Origin: a virus
UHGV virus genome: UHGV-1432856
Length of the DNA stretch: 40,320 bases
Strand: one strand, 5' to 3'
Position 1 is the stretch's first letter, and every line of letters starts with the position of its first letter. Under the pieces are notes generated by a model that worked only from the letters and a program-made list of their open reading frames with translations, searched no databases and was not told the DNA's origin. Shown piece by piece: positions 36,989 through 40,320 of the stretch. Made by a program: the position numbers and the translations under genes.

Positions 36989-37581
36989 CTGGTGTCACTC
37001 GTCAGGTCGGTACGGTCAGTGCCGTTGATGCCGACAGGGTTCAGGCCCGCGTTCGTCTGCCTGAATGCGATAACCTGCGCACAAACTGGCTTAACGTGCT
37101 GCAGCGTAATACCCAGGATAACAAAGATTACTGGCTCCCTGACGTGGGGGAGCAGGTTGAGGTGCTGCTCGATGCCAACGGCGAGGATGGTGTTATTCTG
37201 GGCGCGGTGTATTCAGACGTCGATAAACCACCGTTCAGTGACAAAAATATCCGGGGAACCCGGTTTGCTGATGGTGCAGAGTACAGCTACAACCGGAAGA
37301 CGCACACTCTGACCATCCGGGGCGGCATTGAGCATATTGTCATTGAGTGTGGTGCTGATGTGGTATTGAAAACACAGAAAGCCACGATTGACGCACCGGA
37401 AACCGAACTTACCGGAGATCTGCGTGTCAGGGGAAAGCTGATTTACGAAGGAGGCATGGCGGGTTCTGGTGGTAAAGGTGTTACCGCGACCATCCATGGC
37501 AATATCGAGATTAAAGGGAATGCCCATGCCACGGGCAGTATGCTGTCTGATGGCGAAAACTCCAGCCACCACTCCCACTGA
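36985..37581 (+). CDS. baseplate spike protein (gpV-like)
   Basis: 198 aa; N-terminal OB-like region, Gly-rich C-terminus; synteny. Confidence 0.7.
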   Translation: MTGVTRQVGTVSAVDADRVQARVRLPECDNLRTNWLNVLQRNTQDNKDYWLPDVGEQVEVLLDANGEDGVILGAVYSDVDKPPFSDKNIRGTRFADGAEYSYNRKTHTLTIRGGIEHIVIECGADVVLKTQKATIDAPETELTGDLRVRGKLIYEGGMAGSGGKGVTATIHGNIEIKGNAHATGSMLSDGENSSHHSH

Positions 37582-37582
37582 G

Positions 37583-37604
37583 CTTCTTAAACGCCTTTAA
37601 TATC
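37583..37604 (+). promoter_or_regulatory. conserved late-region motif CTTCTTAA-N3-CCTTTAATATC (copy 2)
   Basis: 19 of 22 nt identical to 31232-31253; about 30 nt upstream of the ATG at 37636; followed by GGGGGC-AATACT-GCCCCC hairpin. Confidence 0.4.
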
Positions 37605-37635
37605 AGCGTTCCCGCACGGGGGCAATACTGCCCCC

Positions 37636-37983
37636 ATGAAAACGACCTCAGTATTCTGGCAACCAGCCCTGCAGGCTCCCGGCGAAATTGTCCGGGGGCT
37701 GGATGATATCCGGCAGGCGATTCAAATTATCCTGCGGACTCCCCGCGGCAGCGACCCGCATCGCCCGGAGTTCGGCAGCAATCTGCATCTTTATATCGAC
37801 TGGCCTGTAGACCGGGCCATTCCGCATGTGGTGCGCGAATCCGTCGATGCCATCCGGCGCTGGGAGCCCCGCTGCCAGCTTATGTCAGTTAAACCCGCCG
37901 TCGACGGCGAACATCTTACGCTCCGGGTGAGCTGGAAAGGCTCAGACGGACAGACCCGGACTCAGGAGCTGCTATGGCGCTGA
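37636..37983 (+). CDS. baseplate protein, GPW/gp25 lysozyme-like family
   Basis: 115 aa; size and position typical of GPW/gp25 between spike and J-like genes. Confidence 0.65.
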   Translation: MKTTSVFWQPALQAPGEIVRGLDDIRQAIQIILRTPRGSDPHRPEFGSNLHLYIDWPVDRAIPHVVRESVDAIRRWEPRCQLMSVKPAVDGEHLTLRVSWKGSDGQTRTQELLWR

Positions 37984-39077
37984 CAGAACCCGATTTTATT
38001 GAACGCGATGCCGACAAAATCACGGCAGAAATGATTGCGAAGTATGAAGCGGATACCGGCAAAACGCTGTACCCGGCACAGGCAGAACGTCTGCTGATTG
38101 ATCTGTGGGCCTATCGCGAAATGCTGGTCAGGGTTGCGGTACAGGAGGCAGCAAAGCAGAATCTGGTCGCCTTTGCCCGTGAGCCGATGATTGATTACCT
38201 CGGTGAACTGGTTGGTGTATACCGTCTTGCCGCGCAGCCTGCCACCACCACGCTCCAGTTCTCCGTAGATGAGGCACTGGCCATTGATGTGCTGATCCCG
38301 GCAGGCACCCGCGTCAGCGCTTCCGACAGCGTTATTTTTGCCACCGATACAAATGTGGTACTGAAGGCCGGATTGCTGCTGGTCAATGTCACGTCCACCT
38401 GTACCGAACCCGGTACCGCTGGTAACGGCTGGCAACCTGCGCAGGTCAGTCAGTTACTCGATGAGATTGATAACGTCGACCTGCTGGTGAGCAATCTGAC
38501 GGCCAGTTCCGGCGGTTCAGAACAGGAAGACGATGACAGGCTCCGGGAGCGTATCAGGCTGGCCCCGGAGTCATTCACCAATGCCGGAAGCCGTGGCGCA
38601 TACCGCTTTCATGCCATGCAGGCCCATCCCAACATTGTCGATGTTGCTGTGCTTTCCCCGGTTCCCGGGACCGTAGATCTGTATCCGCTGCTCAGTACCG
38701 GTCTGCCGGACGGCGGTGTTCTCACGCTGGTAGAGAGTTTCTGCTCTGATGAGAAAGTCAGGCCACTCACTGATACAGTGCGGGCTAAAACACCAGTGAA
38801 GGTGGATTACACCATTGAAGCCAGGATTACGATCTATCGTGATCAGGATGCCAGGTCTGTAAAAGATGCCGCTAACAGCGCCATACAGAACTGGGTGGCA
38901 TCACGTGCCGCCACGCTGGGGCGTGATATTGTCCCCAGCCAGATTATCAGTGCATTGTCCGTTTCCGGGGTGTACCAGGTTGAACTGGTGACACCGGCAC
39001 TGAGGGTGGTGGCAGAAAACGAATGGGCAAACTGTACGGCAATCACTCTTAACATGACTGGAGTGTCTGATGACTGA
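37974..39077 (+). CDS. baseplate J-like protein (Mu gp47-like)
   Basis: 367 aa; overlaps neighbours; synteny. Confidence 0.75.
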   Translation: MALTEPDFIERDADKITAEMIAKYEADTGKTLYPAQAERLLIDLWAYREMLVRVAVQEAAKQNLVAFAREPMIDYLGELVGVYRLAAQPATTTLQFSVDEALAIDVLIPAGTRVSASDSVIFATDTNVVLKAGLLLVNVTSTCTEPGTAGNGWQPAQVSQLLDEIDNVDLLVSNLTASSGGSEQEDDDRLRERIRLAPESFTNAGSRGAYRFHAMQAHPNIVDVAVLSPVPGTVDLYPLLSTGLPDGGVLTLVESFCSDEKVRPLTDTVRAKTPVKVDYTIEARITIYRDQDARSVKDAANSAIQNWVASRAATLGRDIVPSQIISALSVSGVYQVELVTPALRVVAENEWANCTAITLNMTGVSDD

Positions 39078-39648
39078 GCCATTACAACTCCCGCCACCGC
39101 TTGAGGGTGATATCAGTCTCAGGACGCTGGGAAGACTGGCAGGACGGCTGGATAACATCGACCTGAGCGTACTGATGGTCTTTCTCGTCGATATCGTCGA
39201 CAGTTCTGCGCTGCCATGGCTGGGCGAGCAGTTCTCACTGTCTGGCGATGGCTGGGAGCTGGCGGAATCGGACGATGTTCGCCGCATGCTTATAAAAGCA
39301 GCCATCGAACTGCACCGGTATAAAGGGACGCCGTGGTCAATCCGGGAAGTTATCCGCCGTTTTGGCTTTGGTGAAGTGGATCTGATTGAAGGCACAGGTC
39401 GTCTCAGTTACGACGGCAATCGCAGCTATAACGGACTGTTTGTTCATGGAGATGCAGCCGCCTGGGCAGTTTATCGCGTTATTCTGAAACAGCCCATTAC
39501 TAACGATCAGGCCGCGATGCTGCGTCAGACGCTGGCTGCATTTGCACCGGCCCGCTGCCATCTGGCCAGCCTGGAGTATCAGTCTGTGGCCATTCGCTAT
39601 AACAATACCGCCATCCATGATGGCAGTTATAACCACGGGAGCAGTTGA
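39070..39648 (+). CDS. tail protein, P2 gpI-like (Mu gp48 position)
   Basis: 192 aa; precedes the tail fibre gene. Confidence 0.65.
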   Translation: MTEPLQLPPPLEGDISLRTLGRLAGRLDNIDLSVLMVFLVDIVDSSALPWLGEQFSLSGDGWELAESDDVRRMLIKAAIELHRYKGTPWSIREVIRRFGFGEVDLIEGTGRLSYDGNRSYNGLFVHGDAAAWAVYRVILKQPITNDQAAMLRQTLAAFAPARCHLASLEYQSVAIRYNNTAIHDGSYNHGSS

Positions 39649-39650
39649 TT

Positions 39651-40320
39651 ATGGGAAACCTGAATGAAACAGAAAAGTGGGAAGAAAATATCTATCAACT
39701 GGAGACATCAGATCCGGTTCTGGGTGGTGCAGACGGGATATCAAATCGAGCCCCCCGGCAACTGGCAAACAGGACGAAATGGCTGAAGAAGAAAACGGAG
39801 GAAGCCGCACAGTCACTGGCTGAACACGTACGTTCCCGTAACCACCCGGACGCGACACTGACAGCTAAGGGGTTCACCCAACTGAGCAGTGCCACCAACA
39901 GCACCTCTGAAACGCTGGCCGCCACACCAAAAGCGGTCAAGGCTGCATACGACCTGGCAGCCGGCAAGGCGCCTGCCAGCCACACTCACCCGTGGAGTCA
40001 GATAACGGGAGTGCCTGCGGCTTCACTGACGGCAAAAGGCACCGTACAACTGAGCAGCGCCACGGACAGTCAATCAGAAACTGAGGCTGCCACGCCGAAG
40101 GCGGTCAAGGCTGCATACGACCTGGCAGCCGGCAAGGCGCCCGTCAGCCACACTCACCCGTGGAGTCAGATAACGGGAGTGCCAGCTGCCTCGCTGACGG
40201 CAAAAGGCACCGTACAACTGAGCAGTGCCATCAACAGCACGTCTGAAATACTGGCCGCCACACCGAAAGCGGTCAAGGCTGCATACGACCTGGCAGCCGG
40301 CAAGGCGCCTGCCAGCCACA
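39651..40320 (+). CDS. tail fibre protein, N-terminal part (3' end beyond window)
   Basis: ATG at 39651; translation MGNLNETEKWEENIYQLETSDPVLGGADGIS... then repeated 56-aa units; the minus-strand ORFs here are antisense artefacts. Confidence 0.75.
   Translation, partial: MGNLNETEKWEENIYQLETSDPVLGGADGISNRAPRQLANRTKWLKKKTEEAAQSLAEHVRSRNHPDATLTAKGFTQLSSATNSTSETLAATPKAVKAAYDLAAGKAPASHTHPWSQITGVPAASLTAKGTVQLSSATDSQSETEAATPKAVKAAYDLAAGKAPVSHTHPWSQITGVPAASLTAKGTVQLSSAINSTSEILAATPKAVKAAYDLAAGKAPASH
39861..40320 (+). repeat. 168-bp (56-codon) tandem repeat inside the tail fibre gene, at least 2.7 copies in window
   Basis: GGCTGCATAC recurs at 39941, 40109 and 40277 (exact 168-nt period); unit TAKG(F/T)(T/V)QLSSA...TPKAVKAAYDLAAGKAP.SHTHPWSQITGVPAASL. 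Confidence 0.8.

Noticed and set aside
33613-40320. Tandem repeats as a possible CRISPR array
   Set aside because: Both repeat tracts (261 bp in the tape measure, 168 bp in the fibre) are in-frame coding repeats with no spacer structure; no cas genes are present.

Overview
This window is the junction of two prophages; no rRNA, tRNA or CRISPR array was seen. Positions 1 to about 6670 carry a lambda-type tail module on the minus strand (J partial, I, K, L, M, H and a 3' fragment of T). It breaks off inside the G-T chaperone gene where a Mu-like transposable prophage begins, which runs from about 6670 to the window end and beyond. That prophage has a divergent layout: a leftward early operon (Cro/Ner-like, wHTH, DUF3102-like, DDE transposase A, AAA+ B, Gam, small genes, GemA, Mor/C-like) and a rightward arm (XRE repressor, then lysis, terminase, portal, head, sheath, tube, tape measure, N, baseplate and a tail fibre cut by the window end). 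The most interesting locus is an AT-rich three-gene cassette at 15618-17790, wedged between the repressor and the lysis genes and translationally coupled to the repressor; it is a candidate lysogen-expressed exclusion or defence module of unknown type. Other points worth a second look are a 19/22-nt motif repeated upstream of late operons, a 261-bp duplication in the tape measure gene, a 168-bp repeat in the tail fibre, and the iterated motifs at the prophage end. All protein calls rest on reading the translated ORFs against remembered family signatures and on synteny; no database search was possible.
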